Shown here: piece after piece, positions 39,212-52,094 of the stretch
Position numbering within the stretch: position 1 is the first letter of the stretch
Layout of the letters: each line of letters begins with the position of its first letter
Assembly (NCBI RefSeq): GCF_006345805.1
Contig: NC_043005.1
Location: forward strand, 107,570,001 to 107,634,000
Length of the DNA: 64,000 bases
Source: Octopus sinensis
Lineage: Eukaryota
Direction of reading: 5' to 3'
Notes under the pieces: model-generated
What the model was told of the DNA's origin: nothing
The model's database searches: none
What the model saw: only the letters and a program-made list of their open reading frames with translations
Position numbers and translations under genes: made by a program

Positions 39212-40393
39212 AATATTACTCTAACTCGTCTATAGTATTATTTCCTAATTTTCGTTTTCATTTCTATACGCTGTATTTTAACTCTTTCCTCTACTCCCAA
39301 ATAGAGATGGTTGCAATTCAATTATCTGATTCAGTTTCTGTGTCTCGTATTATAAACTCGGTACTGATTAATGCCTCTTCTGAAAGCACACTTGTCTAAT
39401 CCGATAGTCATTTTTATGTCATTACTGCATGTATAAACAATCTTCTAGGTTTTCTACCTAGATGGTTTGTTTCTTCCTATCAAAAATTTTGCAGTCGTTC
39501 AAATAGAGGAAATCATTTATATTTTGTTCATAAATTCCTGCACATAAGATTGTATATGATTTCAAAGCATGATCAAAACGTAGGGGATGGAAAACGAATC
39601 TCCTTCGAAATTTTCTCTTCTAACGCGTGCTGGGAGGTTTGAATGGTATTTTCTTCATTTGCAATATTGTCTTAGTTTTCGACTTCCTCATCGCTTCACT
39701 GGTCTATTCAGAGGTGTTGGGGCTACATTATGCTCAGTAACTCCAGTACCTATGGGTGGGTGTTTGATGCTATCGAAAGCCTCCTAGAATTCAACATGAG
39801 CTTTGCCGATTTTTTGTTTTCTTCTTTTAGAAACCATAGGGGAAAATGTTAAAGCCATTTTTATTTTTCCGGTAAAATATTATTGATTTCAATATATGTA
39901 ATTAGACGAATGTACTTATGTCGTCAGTAAGTATCTTATAGGGCTTTAATTTTCTGGGTGCCTGGCATGTTTTTTCTTTTCTTTCTTTTTCTTTTTTTTT
40001 ATTTTTGAAGAGGAGGACGTTAGAATGGCATTTCTCCTCCAGCATCGAGTTTCGTTCTTGATTGTTTCAGCTATCGGTACTGGTAAAGTGTTTTCGCCAG
40101 AAGCTGGGGACCATGTCTATTTCTGGTATATACCAGTAGGAAGCAGTTCTCAAAGTGATTTTTCTTCCTGGTGATCTTTGGCGATGTCTGCCGTCCTATT
40201 GTGTATTATCTTCCTCTCGTATTCTTATCCATTGTGTACTGTTGGTGAGTAAGTAGTTTTTTTCTGCTCCATATATGCTTCCAGTATATCTTAACTTCTA
40301 ATGCTGTTGGGGTGGTTTCTATTGCAATGATGTTTTTATTACTGTAGAAATATTTAACATTTACATTAATGCTTTATTAGTAGAATAATTAAT

Positions 40394-40580
40394 AGGCTGG
40401 ACAAAAGTGTTGGGCGACATTTCGCTCGTCTTTACGCACTGGGTTAAAATTCCGCCAAGGTCGACTTTGCCTTTCATCCTTCTGGGGTCCAATAAATAAA
40501 TACTATTTGAGCACTGTGGCCACTGTAATCGATTAGATATTCCTCTAAGAAAGATATTCTGGCCTTGAGCTTATTGTATA
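40394..40580 (+). mobile_element. SINE family B, diverged
   Basis: AAATTCCGCCAAGGTCGACTTTGCCTTTCATCCTT core. Confidence 0.7.
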
Positions 40581-41259
40581 TCGGATTATTATTTGGCATC
40601 TGGAATATTGTTCTGCTAGTTAAGTAATGTGATCGATGGACTTTCGACGCTTGTTATATACGTGAATCTAATTGGTGATAAGAGCGAGAACGTTCTCAAG
40701 GACACTCTATGAGGATGAACTAGCTGGTCTCTTTGGGTGAAGTTTCAGGCCCAGTACTAGCATGGATAACTTATAGGAATCCCTGGCATGGCAGTGCTAC
40801 CGAGAATCACCAACGGTTCAAGGTAAACTCAACAGGCACAGATTCACTGCTAGGCTGCACTGTTCAAGATGCGCACAGTGCGACGAAACCGTTCTGCATG
40901 CACTCGTGCAGTGTCCAAGTATAGCTAACTTGTGGTATTTCTTCGAACAGTTGTTATCGTATGAGGGCCAAATCAGCATATCGGCCGAATCCATTGTGAG
41001 GACCACCCACCTTTTAACAATGCAAGGCAGGTGGTGTTCCTTTGTCCAGGGCTTATGGCGAAAGAAATTGTGAGGTGGACGAGGCAGATAAGATTGAATA
41101 AAAGATACCTTTCTCTTCGGTCAAGCTCTCATCGGCTTGTTTGAATTCCACTAGGAAAGAAAGGTTAGATGGAGTGTTAGGATGGACACAGAAACTGAAC
41201 CAGATAATTAAATTGCAATCAACTACATAATTCAGTACTTTGCAGTGAATGTATGAAAA

Positions 41260-41885
41260 TACGAGTGACTATGGTGAAAATCGTTAGCGTGGCCCTACTC
41301 TAAGCAGATGCCTATAGGAGGATCGACTTCCCAAGGACTGGGATAAATGAAACTTGGCATAATTATTAGTCCTTGTCTACATAGCCATCACCAATGGTGA
41401 CACATTTCTCCCATCGATTTATGCAGTTGAGAAGACCTCACGTGTAGAAGTCGGTGGGTTGCGTTTGGAGCCAAGACTTAGCCTCGGAAATAATGTCATC
41501 ATCATCCGAAAATGCTTCCCCTTCAAAAAGACTTTATTGTTGGAAAAAAGGTTGAAGTGAGATGGTGCGAGGTCGGAAGAGTAAGGGGAATGAGTAAGGA
41601 TTTCATAGCCGCAAGAGTGTGCATTCATCTGGGCAACATGCACGTTGTGAACTTGGGTGTTTTCTAGGAGAAGGCGAACTCCGTTGGTCAGCATGCCACG
41701 TCTCTCTGCGTTGATGGCATCCGCAATTTATGCAGCAGGGAAGTTACCTGTGGTGCCCTCTGCTAGAAAATCCTTCATCACTACTCCGCGGTGGTCCAAA
41801 AAGACTATATGCCTTACCTTTCCTGCTAAAGGTTGGACACGAACCTTCTTTGGAGGTGGCAACGTCATCAACTTTCTCGTTGATA
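41260..41885 (-). mobile_element. Mariner transposase 3' half remnant
   Basis: PPPKKVRVQPLAGKVRHIVFLDHRGVV, HSPYSSDLAPSHFNLF (YSPDLAP motif), RWEKCVTIGDGYVDK; TACGAG terminus at 41260. Confidence 0.85.
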
Positions 41886-43300
41886 TTTCCTCCTTAGTCC
41901 ATTTGGGGATGGATGCACCATATCTGACCACCACAACTGCCTAGATATTCATTGGAGTAATGAAAGTTTTGGCATTGAGACTGGATTTCAACTCCATCTT
42001 CACCCTTTTCTGATACGCCTCGTTGACCTTGACTTTCATTTCTCTGTGTAGAATGTCATCCAGCTTCAAAATACCTAAATGTCTATACCCACTACCGTCG
42101 AGTTCACCCATGGTCTCGCCTGATGGTAACTGCAATCCCCTGCAGGATGCTTTCTCCCCACTTTTCATATTAAGTACTGAGCATTTGGTAATCCCAAATT
42201 CCATACCGATGTCCCTAACACACTTCTCGACTGCTTTTAAGGAATCTATCTGCTTTTCACATTTCCCAAACAATTTTATGTAATCCATAAACAGAAGATG
42301 GTTCAGTTATGGGCTTTTCTTCCCACATCGGCAACTCATCTTAACTTTCCCAGGTATCATTGTTATGGGTATTAGTACAATTATAAATAATAACGGAGAA
42401 AACGAATCACCTTGGAAGATTCCCCTTTTAATAGCAACTTCTTCAATAAATACATTAAAAAATAAAATAAATGAGCCCTTTTAAAGCCTAGCCAGGCTCA
42501 TGGGCCCAGTTTCCCGGTTTCAAAGGCGTATGTGTTCGACAGCTGGACGGGACGCCAGTCCATCGCAGCGTTACTCATTTTTGCCAGATGAGTGGACTGG
42601 AGCTACGTGAAATGAAGTGTTATGCTCAAGGACGCAACGCGTCCAGGAATCGAAACCACAAGCTTACGATCATGTTGCTGACTCCCTAACCATTAAGCTA
42701 CGCGCCTTCCCAAGAAATAGATTACTTGAGTACAATTTGGCTTTCCGCTCTTTCGTGCTATGCATCAGAAAATTTGTGATGGTGTCAATAACACTAAACA
42801 TCTGTAGGCATTCAACGCTCCAGGAATGAGTCATCGTATCATTTGCCTTTTTTAAAGTCAATCCAAGCCATAAACATATTTGTATGATGTTTTGTTTTTT
42901 ACAATGCCCTAAAACTGTTTTGTCGATGACCAGGTGATCCTTGGTTTCACGAGAACTCTTCCTACAACCCTTTTGTTCCTTTGGTAGAGCTTCTTCCTGT
43001 GCCAGGAAAGTGTATGTCTTTGCCGCACTTATTCCAGTGAGTATCTTCCCATGCTATGGGACGGTAGTTTCCCCACAATATTCCCCTTTCTTCTATCTTT
43101 CATTATAAGTGCTGTCCTCCCAGTCACCATCCACGCGAGGACTGTACCTTTCTGGACACACTCATTCAATTAAGCTGTTAGTATTTCATGCAGTCTTTCA
43201 GCCAGAAGCCATGAATCCCATCTGGTCCGGGGGCTTTCCAGTTAGGCACTTTACCCACTTGTTCTTTCACATCACCCGTGCTTATGACAATATTCCTTTG
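41886..43300 (-). mobile_element. Decayed Dong/R4 RT region interrupted by SINE C
   Basis: WKAPGPDG, EQKGCR-like block, IFQGDSFSP, HLLFMDYIKLF, IGMEFGITKC, YRHLGIL, VVRYGASIPKWTKEEI. Confidence 0.8.
42456..42708 (-). mobile_element. tRNA-derived SINE family C
   Basis: Minus strand GGCGCGTAGCTTAATGGTTAG...GGTTTCGATTCC, GTCCTTGAGC, GCGATGGACTGGCGTCCCGTCCAG; imperfect TSD CAATAAATACATTA/CAAGAAATAGATTA. Confidence 0.8.
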
Positions 43301-43800
43301 TTTCTTTCCTACCTACCTCGGTTGCTTATAGCATTGAGGTAGAACCGGCTACCCCCATTAACAAGGACACAGCCCGGATTTAATACACTGGATGATGATG
43401 ATGATGATGATGATATCTACCCTTCTCATATTCATGGGGATTTTTTCTTCTCGAGCATTCATCAAGTCGGTGAGTCGTCTTTGAATTTCAAGCAATTCAG
43501 TATTAAATAAGTTGTAAAACCAGAATATTTTTTAATATAGTCCTCGTGATCCACCTGGGTTGAAGGACTTGAAGAAATTTAATCTAACACATTCAACACA
43601 TTCAACACGTGTATGTAATAGCCGTGCCAGATAATGGAAAGGTCGAGAGGAAATACCATTTTTAGATTGACCTTAGAACATCAGCTGTCAATAATCTGAC
43701 CCTGCGACAAACAGAACATTAATTTCATATTTTTCATTCTTAATAATGCGTAACAGCTTTTCTGGAAGATGTGTGTGTGTACGTATATCTTCTATCACTT

Positions 43801-43838
<38 letters not shown>

Positions 43839-44688
43839 CATATATGTATGTATTGTGTATGTATATAAAAGTGCGTGTATACACACACACACACACACAC
43901 ACACACGTATGTGTATATATATATATGTGTGTGTGTATATATATATTTTTTACTACGTTGGAACAGCTGTAACCTAATAGGTTTAATTTTACATTTCATG
44001 GTCTTTTGTCTACATTAGTACTTTGCTCTGCATTTCGGTGGATGTATGTGGATGAAGATGCCAGAACTACTGTGATATCTCACCCCGTCAAGTGTCTGTG
44101 ATTGTGGAGACCAATGATTATACGTATATTGAGCTCTAACGTACGATTATTTGTCTTGCTGTAGCAAAGAAGAATTATTAAACACACACACACACACACA
44201 GACACACACACACACACACTGAAAATGTGCTGACAATCTTAATGTTTTCTCTACGTGAATCAGTGGCAAGTCCGTTGGAAAATGTAAACAACAGTCACCA
44301 AATGAATTATAGATAGATGTGTAAATAAGTAGAAACTTTATTATTTCTAAATCTCTCAGCGAGAGACACGCAATAACGATACTGTAAAGTAAAGATTATT
44401 TGCCAATATAATATGGGAATCCCGGTAAAAAGAGAGACATTAATTTCTGGGAAAATACGGCATAAACTTTTTCGACAATAATTTTTGGCACGATGCTTAC
44501 CTTGAATAGACCTAGATTTCTTTTTTAAAATTTCATGAACATCTTTCTAACTCATCGTGAAAATATACCCCCCACCCTCACTCACACATTTTAACTTCGA
44601 ATCAGTAATTTTCCATGTCTATCTGTCGTTAGACTTGCAGTTGTTCTTTTCTGTATACTAGTCCAAAACTACACAAGATTATTTATAG

Positions 44689-44870
44689 AGTTAATCCAAA
44701 CATGAAAACACAAAGAGAAAACACAACAACGCGAGGACGTGGAACAAATATAGTATTATTGGAGGCTCAGGAAAGAAGGAAAGAAGAAGGGTTTAACGTT
44801 TCGAGCGGAGCTCTTCGTCAGAAACATCGGAAAAGGAAGGATCCAAAGAAGGGAAGACGGAGGAAAAAAA
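44689..44870 (-). mobile_element. Penelope pLTR-like element, copy 1
   Basis: Reverse-complement match to 47741-47920; contains a hammerhead motif. Confidence 0.7.
44791..44825 (-). ncRNA. Minimal type-I hammerhead ribozyme motif (C3-G8)
   Basis: Minus strand GTTT-CTGACGA-a-GAGC-tcc-GCTC-GAAA-CG-TT-AAAC. Confidence 0.75.
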
Positions 44871-45473
44871 GATTATTTATATTGCTTTCAAAGCACTTCA
44901 AAGCTTCATATCAACATTAGCTTATTCAATAGCCATATTCGTTAACCATATGACCGAACCAAGATAGAATTTTTTTCCTGTTGCAAAATCTAACTATTTT
45001 ACAGACACTACACGTTTTTGGTTGAATTTCTTCATAATCTATCTCATTTCTACGAGAATTTACTAATCAGTAAATTCTCTCTCGCTGGCGTGTTGTATTT
45101 ATGATGGTGGTCGATGATGGTGGTCAATACTCCTTTGATAACTCGTCGAGCTGATGGCTATCGGAGTTTAATATTCTCTGACTGGGCTGCTCCGTTTATA
45201 TTTAGTGGAGACTTTGATCGGTAAGTATTTGCATAACGCTTTACAACTTTTCATATTGATATCGTTCTGTATTGTATAAGCACGAAAGTCATGTGACATA
45301 CCAAGTGAAGAAGCGGAACATATTTTTGGAGCACACAAATAAGTCTTAAGTGTTTTTGACTTTTATGTCTAACGGAAGTCTTAGGCGTTTAATGGCATCA
45401 ATTTTGTATTAGTTTGTCAGGTACAATCATTCTACATTACGCTGCAAACGTGGATTTCTAAATTCTAAATTGA

Positions 45474-45659
45474 AAATTTTGATGCGATTCTATTGTCACC
45501 AAAGTGTGATAAATTTTCTCCTTGACAAATTATAAATTTCAAATTTTGATGCGATTCTATTGTCACCAAGTGTGATAACTTTTCTCCTTGACAAATTATA
45601 AATTTCAAATTTTGATGCGATTCTATTGTCACCAAGTGTGGTAACATTTCTCCTTGACA
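45474..45659. repeat. Minisatellite, about 66-bp unit x 2.8
   Basis: AAATTTTGATGCGATTCTATTGTCACCAAGTGTG..TTTCTCCTTGACA occurs three times. Confidence 0.9.
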
Positions 45660-45779
45660 TGTTTCTCATGTTTCCAGGACACAAATATGTTTTTAGTATA
45701 CCATGCTTATATATCAGCTGATTAGGCCATTATCACATATTTATTGCAAAAGTAATAATGTTAAACCCTTAAACAGAAG

Positions 45780-46020
45780 ATATCAGCAATTGATATTTCA
45801 TAAGAGAAAAGTGAACATTCTCAATCGATGTTTCATTAGAGAACAACGGACATCATCAAACTAAGAGAGCAGAGAGCGGACATCCTCAGCTGTTAGGTTA
45901 GAGAACAGTGGTTATCCTCAATTGATGTTTTATTAGAAATAAGCGGATGCCATCAATTGATGTTTCATTACAAAACGGTGAACATCAAGAGGTGAGTTTC
46001 CGTTAGAGAAAAGCTGACAT
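45780..46020. repeat. Degenerate minisatellite, about 35-bp unit
   Basis: Recurrent CATC.TCAATTGATGTTTCATTAGAGAA.AGCGGA. Confidence 0.65.
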
Positions 46021-46021
46021 T

Positions 46022-46230
46022 CTCTTTTTTCTTTTTACTTGTTTCAGTCATTTGCCTGCGTCCATGCTGGAGCACCGCCTTTAGTCGAGCAAATCGACCC
46101 CGGGACTTATTCTTTGTAAGCCCAGTACTTATTCTATCGGTCTCTTTTGCCGAACCGCTAAGTGACGGGGACGTAAACACACCAGCATCGGTTGTCAAGC
46201 AATGCTAGGGAGACAGACACAGACACACAA

Positions 46231-46262
<32 letters not shown>

Positions 46263-46432
46263 ATATATACGACAGGCTTCTTTCAGTTTCCGTCTACCAA
46301 ATCCACTCACAAGGCATTGGTCGGCCCGGGACTATAGCAGAAGACACTTGCCCAAGATGCCACGCAGTGGGACTGAACCCGGAACCATGTGGTTGGTTAG
46401 CAAGCTACTTACCACACAGCCACTCCTGCGCC
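46022..46432 (-). mobile_element. SINE family A, full length
   Basis: Near-identical to the 34423 copy. Confidence 0.9.
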
Positions 46433-46603
46433 TATCATTATCAACTTAAGTTTCAAAAATTTTAAATGGATCGGCCATCATCAAAGGAAAGTAAATATTT
46501 TACGGCACTTTTCTATAATTGGATTGTGAATTTTATTGAGGGATTGATTTTCGATTATTATATTTATTGTACATATTTAAAGTAAAAATAAGTATAAACA
46601 TTA

Positions 46604-46817
46604 TTGCTGCGTGGAAGGTGTTTATAAAACACTTAAAAAACACACAAAAACCGTTAGATCCACATTTAAATTTAACTTGACAAAATATTTTCGTCGCTTT
46701 GAGACCGCGACATGTTCACTGACAAAATTCTGTGCTGACAATTAAATTTAAATGTTGAAGTGAATCTAACGTTTTTTGTGTGTCTTGAATGACTTATAAA
46801 ACCTTCCATGCTGCAAT
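46604..46817. repeat. Inverted-repeat element with a central hammerhead-like motif
   Basis: Arms GGAAGGTGTTTATAA..ACACACAAAAACCGTTAGAT..ACATTTAAATTTAA and its reverse complement. Confidence 0.75.
46679..46723 (-). ncRNA. Minimal hammerhead motif, G3-C8 core variant
   Basis: Minus strand GTCA-GTGAACA-t-GTCGC-ggtctcaaa-GCGAC-GAAA-ATAT-TT-TGTC (one stem I mismatch). Confidence 0.55.
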
Positions 46818-47740
46818 TGTTTCTGTTTCACATCAGGTCACTTGCTATGCAAGGAGATCTCCGTAAGTATAAAAATTACCCTTAAGAAGAGCAATATTTA
46901 AGAGGATTTTGCTCGTTTGGCTCACATATTCATATAATTTTTCCCCGCCGTTTAAGGTTCAACAATATTTAAAGTCTATATTATTATTTCAGTGCCAGCA
47001 ATTAAAATAAGTATTTCTGAGAGATGCAGTGGTTCCAGTGACCATAAGCAAAACTGTTACACGACGGCCCTGCAAAAGGAAGCACAACTGTCTTTGTCAG
47101 AAGTTATCCAGGCAAACAATCACGATTTACTCGCCACATTTACACTCTAATCAGTCGTTACAAACTAACAATAATCTTAAAGAAATTGATTGAGACAGCT
47201 TGTACAACTGTTGCATGATATTTAAGCTAGTAATTCGCCAATAGATTTCTATCAAAGAGATATTCATTGTCGGCTGCAAGATTTGCCTATTTCATATGTG
47301 AACATCGTCATCCATGTGTTTAAATATGCATAATTTCGGTCTTCTCTAGAGATTTCAATATGTATATTTAAATATGTGTGTGTGTGTGTGTGTGCTTCTA
47401 TGTGTATCTATATATATTTGCGTATATTTGTATGAAGGTATACATGTATCTTTCTGCATATATACACAAGTATATTTGTATTTTCAATATGATATAGTAC
47501 AGGAAAATACCTAAACTTGGAGGAAGTTATAATTATGTTACATATACACTTGCAGGCGAGTTGAATGTTTACATGCATATATTCAGACAAACACATACAC
47601 ACACATATATAATCACGCGCGCGCACGTATGCGCGCACACACACACAAGCACACATATATGTATATAATTATATATATATATGTGTGTGTTTATATTATA
47701 TTATATATATATATATATGACGGCCTGTGTCCCGTTGGCG

Positions 47741-47920
47741 ATTTTTTCCTCCGTCTTCCCTTCTTTGGATCTTTCCTTTCCTATGTTTCTGACGAAGAGC
47801 TCCGCTCGAAACGTTAAATCCTTCTTTCCTTCCTTTTCTGAGCGTCCAATAATACTATGCTTGTTCCACATCCTCACGTTGTTGTGTTTTCTCTTTGTGT
47901 TTTCATGTTTGAATTAACTA
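47741..47920 (+). mobile_element. Penelope pLTR-like element, copy 2
   Basis: Reverse-complement match to 44689-44870; flanked by TA tracts. Confidence 0.7.
47785..47819 (+). ncRNA. Minimal type-I hammerhead ribozyme motif (C3-G8)
   Basis: GTTT-CTGACGA-a-GAGC-tcc-GCTC-GAAA-CG-TT-AAAT. Confidence 0.75.
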
Positions 47921-47924
47921 TATA

Positions 47925-48030
<106 letters not shown>

Positions 48031-48251
48031 ATAAATATAAAATTTCTAAATATCTCAGAGAGATATAAGCAGTTGTGGAACGATAAAGCAGTTGTATACT
48101 GTCAACTTAACGTGACAGTCCCATACAGGGAATCACACCACTGCTATTTAGCCCTAGGAAGCATCAACGCTTCCTGTCGGCATTGACACATTTCCTGTGT
48201 CCTTATGCTTTCAAAGGGGAGACAAGCACCCCCAACAGCTAGGCCTGCAGT

Positions 48252-48289
48252 CAGAGACATGTTTCTGAGTCTTGCTCGTCATCAGTCTG
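48252..48289 (-). ncRNA. Minimal type-I hammerhead ribozyme motif (GUC site)
   Basis: Minus strand CAGA-CTGATGA-cGAG-caaga-CTCa-GAAA-CATG-TC-TCTG. Confidence 0.7.
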
Positions 48290-48574
48290 GGGTAGAGGGC
48301 TTGCTAGCTGGCTGCAGATGCCTGTCTAGACTTTGCAAACATACATTATTTCAGTGAAGTAAATTCACTGATCACAAAAAACAGAATAGACTGACGACGA
48401 GCGATGCTGCTAACACACTGAATAATCAGTAGACATAGGAACTACATCTGAGTGAGAAATGAAGCCTTTGGGCGCGCTCAGCAACACCACCTTAGAGAAA
48501 TCTATATGAAAGAAATGACGTGGTAAGGGGGGTGCGGAATGGCAAGGAAGCGCTTAAAAACAACTTTCATATAT

Positions 48575-48995
48575 TTCGGTTTGGTATCAATAGTCGTGAC
48601 TCAACTGCGCACTCCTTCGCGTAAAAAGCGTGCGACCATAGTGAGGACAACTCAGCCCTCAAATGAAGACATAAGTCTGCATGCTGAATCGAGATACTCA
48701 AGGTCACATTAAGGACACGATCTCTAACAACCGTGCTTGGGTCATGTGACGTTGAGTTGCTGACGTGGCTTGAAATCAATAGTCGTGGATCAAGCGTGCA
48801 CTGCTTTGCATAAATCGTGTGCGACCATTGTGAGGACAACTGAGCCCCCAAACGAAAACAATTCTGCATGCAGCGTCCTGGGACGCAAGGTCACATTAAG
48901 GACATAGTCTCCAACTAACGTGGTTTGGTCTTAAGCACCATAAATCAGTAGGTTAATGTATATGGGATATTTCGATTTGTAATCAATAGTTGAAG
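48575..48995. repeat. Degenerate tandem repeat, about 190-bp unit
   Basis: ATCAATAGTCGTG..GTGCGACCAT.GTGAGGACAACT.AGCCC..CAAGGTCACATTAAGGACA twice, plus a third unit start. Confidence 0.75.
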
Positions 48996-50148
48996 AATAT
49001 TTGTATCGGTTTCGCCTACGCTTAGAAGGAAGACTTTGATACTGAAGCTAAAAGAAAATAATCGAATAGTTGCTCAGGATTTAACATATGTTAGCATATT
49101 TTTCACAATAAACGTAGTGCTTTCTAAACGGCTTTTATTTCAACAAATTGCTACTAATGGTACTACGGGAACAGGCTCTTTTTGCTACTACCTGGACTGC
49201 TTGTATCGTTTCAGTAGCATTTTCTTCCAGTTAGAAAAGAAGCAATGCATGGACCATGCGGGCGATCGTACGTACGCAGGAAAGGTGGTTTTCTGCCTCT
49301 AGAGGCCCCCATTACTCATTATGTGAAACATTTTTAAGAGTCTAAAACCATCTCTGCAATATAAGTAATGTATGTTCCCAGTTTGAAGAAAATCAGTTGC
49401 GAACTTCAGAAATTCTGTGGGTTTACACGCACACACAATGCAGACACACGCACAAAAGCACAAACGCACCCTCAGGTTTATATATATAGATACACACATG
49501 TATACTTACGTACGTGTGTGCGTGCGTACACACACACATCCTCAGTTTTACATATATATAGATACATACAAGCATACGTACTTACACACACACGCACATA
49601 CTCACATATATATATATATATAAGTGATGCTGTGTGGTTGATAGGACACAATTTGTTCGGGGGAAAATGCTTCGAATGTGATTTCGATTTGGTAACTTAC
49701 ATTTTTAGCAGGGAAACTATAGGTGTGAGCGTAGATATAGCATTTAAGATATATACATATATATATGTATATACGCGTGTTACATATACGCACATACATG
49801 TTCAAATTTATACCTACTTACCTTGAAATATTAGTATATATTCACATACACATATTTATATACATACATAAATATTACATATATGTCTACATATTTATAT
49901 ATATAAGTATATAAATGAATATATGTGTGTGTGTGTGTGTGCATATGTGTCTATGCATATGTATATGTACGTATTTGTAAAAGTCTATATATTTGAGGCA
50001 GAATATATATTATATAATATTTTATTCATTTTCTGTCTCTCTCTTTATCTATCTATCTGTCTATCTATCTATCTATATATCTATCTATCTATCGCACTCC
50101 TTTTGTTTACGTCTCTGTATACACAAAAACGCACACTCATATATATAT

Positions 50149-50195
<47 letters not shown>

Positions 50196-50948
50196 TTTCA
50201 CAAACACGTACATGCGCACAAACACATACACAACCTTAATTTTACATACACATACATATACATATAGAAATGGTTCTGTGCATGCAGAAATAGATACATA
50301 CATATATACATAGATAGATACTATTACTACTTATATATATGCACACACACACTCAAACACATACACAGTAATAAACTCACACCCATACAGTACATAATAC
50401 GTCTTTATTTGTTTATATACAAACAAATTTATATATGTCTATTTTTGTTGAGAGTTTTCTCTCCCTCGTACATATATTCATATATTTATCTGTTTTGTGT
50501 TCGTCATTGAACAATAGAAATGTAGATACACGATGATGTGGATGGAAGGAAGACTCAGCAAACGTTTCAAAAGATTGTTTTGCAAAGTTCCTCTGAGACT
50601 CTGCTTCAAAGAAGACTTCTGATGGATCAGGAAATCTGTCCACGCCACTCGTGTGAAGATGAAAGCTGAATTGTACAGAGATTTGATGCGCAAAACTAAT
50701 CAGACCAAGAGGTGTAATATTGTTAGCTCTCCACCTAGCGAAATCTATGCGTTTGTGAGTAGATACGTGTGTGTGTGTATGTGTGTGTGCTTGTGTTCTG
50801 TGTTTTTTTATGTATATATGTATGTATACATACGTACATACACTCACATACATATAAAGGCACTTTTTTGTATAACTTCACTTCTCTATATGACATTATA
50901 TTTATACATTACGTTTCTACACATACACACACACACGTAATATGTGTG

Positions 50949-51072
<124 letters not shown>

Positions 51073-51194
51073 GAATATATATACATACATATTATATATA
51101 TGTATATGCAGACGATAATAATAAAAATAAAAATAAAAATAAAAATATTAATAATAATAATAATAACAATAACAACAACAACAACAACAACAAC

Positions 51195-51232
<38 letters not shown>

Positions 51233-52094
51233 AGAGATGCAGCAGCAGCAGCAGCAGCAGCGGCATATATTTGTATATGTGTGTATGTTCGTAGGAATGT
51301 ATATATGTAAATGTAGGTAAGGTTCAGAGAATAACTGGATGCGTAGAACTTCAGTCGATGAAATTTTGTTGAATATATGTAGTTTTAGTGTTTGATGTTT
51401 TAATTGTGTGTGTTTAGGTGTACTTAACCTCCGCTTCACCATTCGGCAGTAGACAAGGACAACCACTACCAACACCGCTGCCAATACCACCACCGTCATT
51501 ATCACCGTCATCGTCGTCGTCGTTATCTTTGTCATCATCATCACCATCATCATCGTCGTCATTATCATCACCCTCGCTGCCATATCGATTTAGCATGTAT
51601 TTTCCCATTCAAGCATTTGTTGCTCGAGTCTGCGGCGTACCAACACCCTTTTCCTCTCCTCAGCGCCTTTCACTTTTCTTATATTATCCGACTATTTCTA
51701 AATTTCTAACATCGATCATTCTCTACTTCAGTAATTTCTATTGTCATCACGAGGCATTTTATCTCCAACATATATTATCATAATTTGAATAACATACCAA
51801 TATTAGTTGAATTACTTTACCCATATAAAAAGAAATACTTATTTCCAATGTACACCAATTGATATTTTCAATGTTCTCTCTGAATTTACTTCAACTCTGC
51901 TGTCATGCATTTTACCTTTACGCGTCCAACAAGCTGCAGTCTCACTTCTCTCTTACCTTACATGCATACCACTTTCACTAAAACTGTCTCCCTTTTCCTT
52001 AGAGAGTCACGAATAATTGTCACTAGATTTTATTTTGCAAAGAGAAAGTATTTGTGCTTAAAGCATATTATAGTCTCCTGATCCTCTTGCACAG

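Noticed and set aside
43300-43390. Possible HDV-like ribozyme at the 5' side of the minus-strand Dong copy
   Set aside because: Only one hairpin is evident; the nested double pseudoknot could not be assigned
45474-45659. CRISPR-like array
   Set aside because: Whole units are repeated with no unique spacers; eukaryotic context with no cas genes
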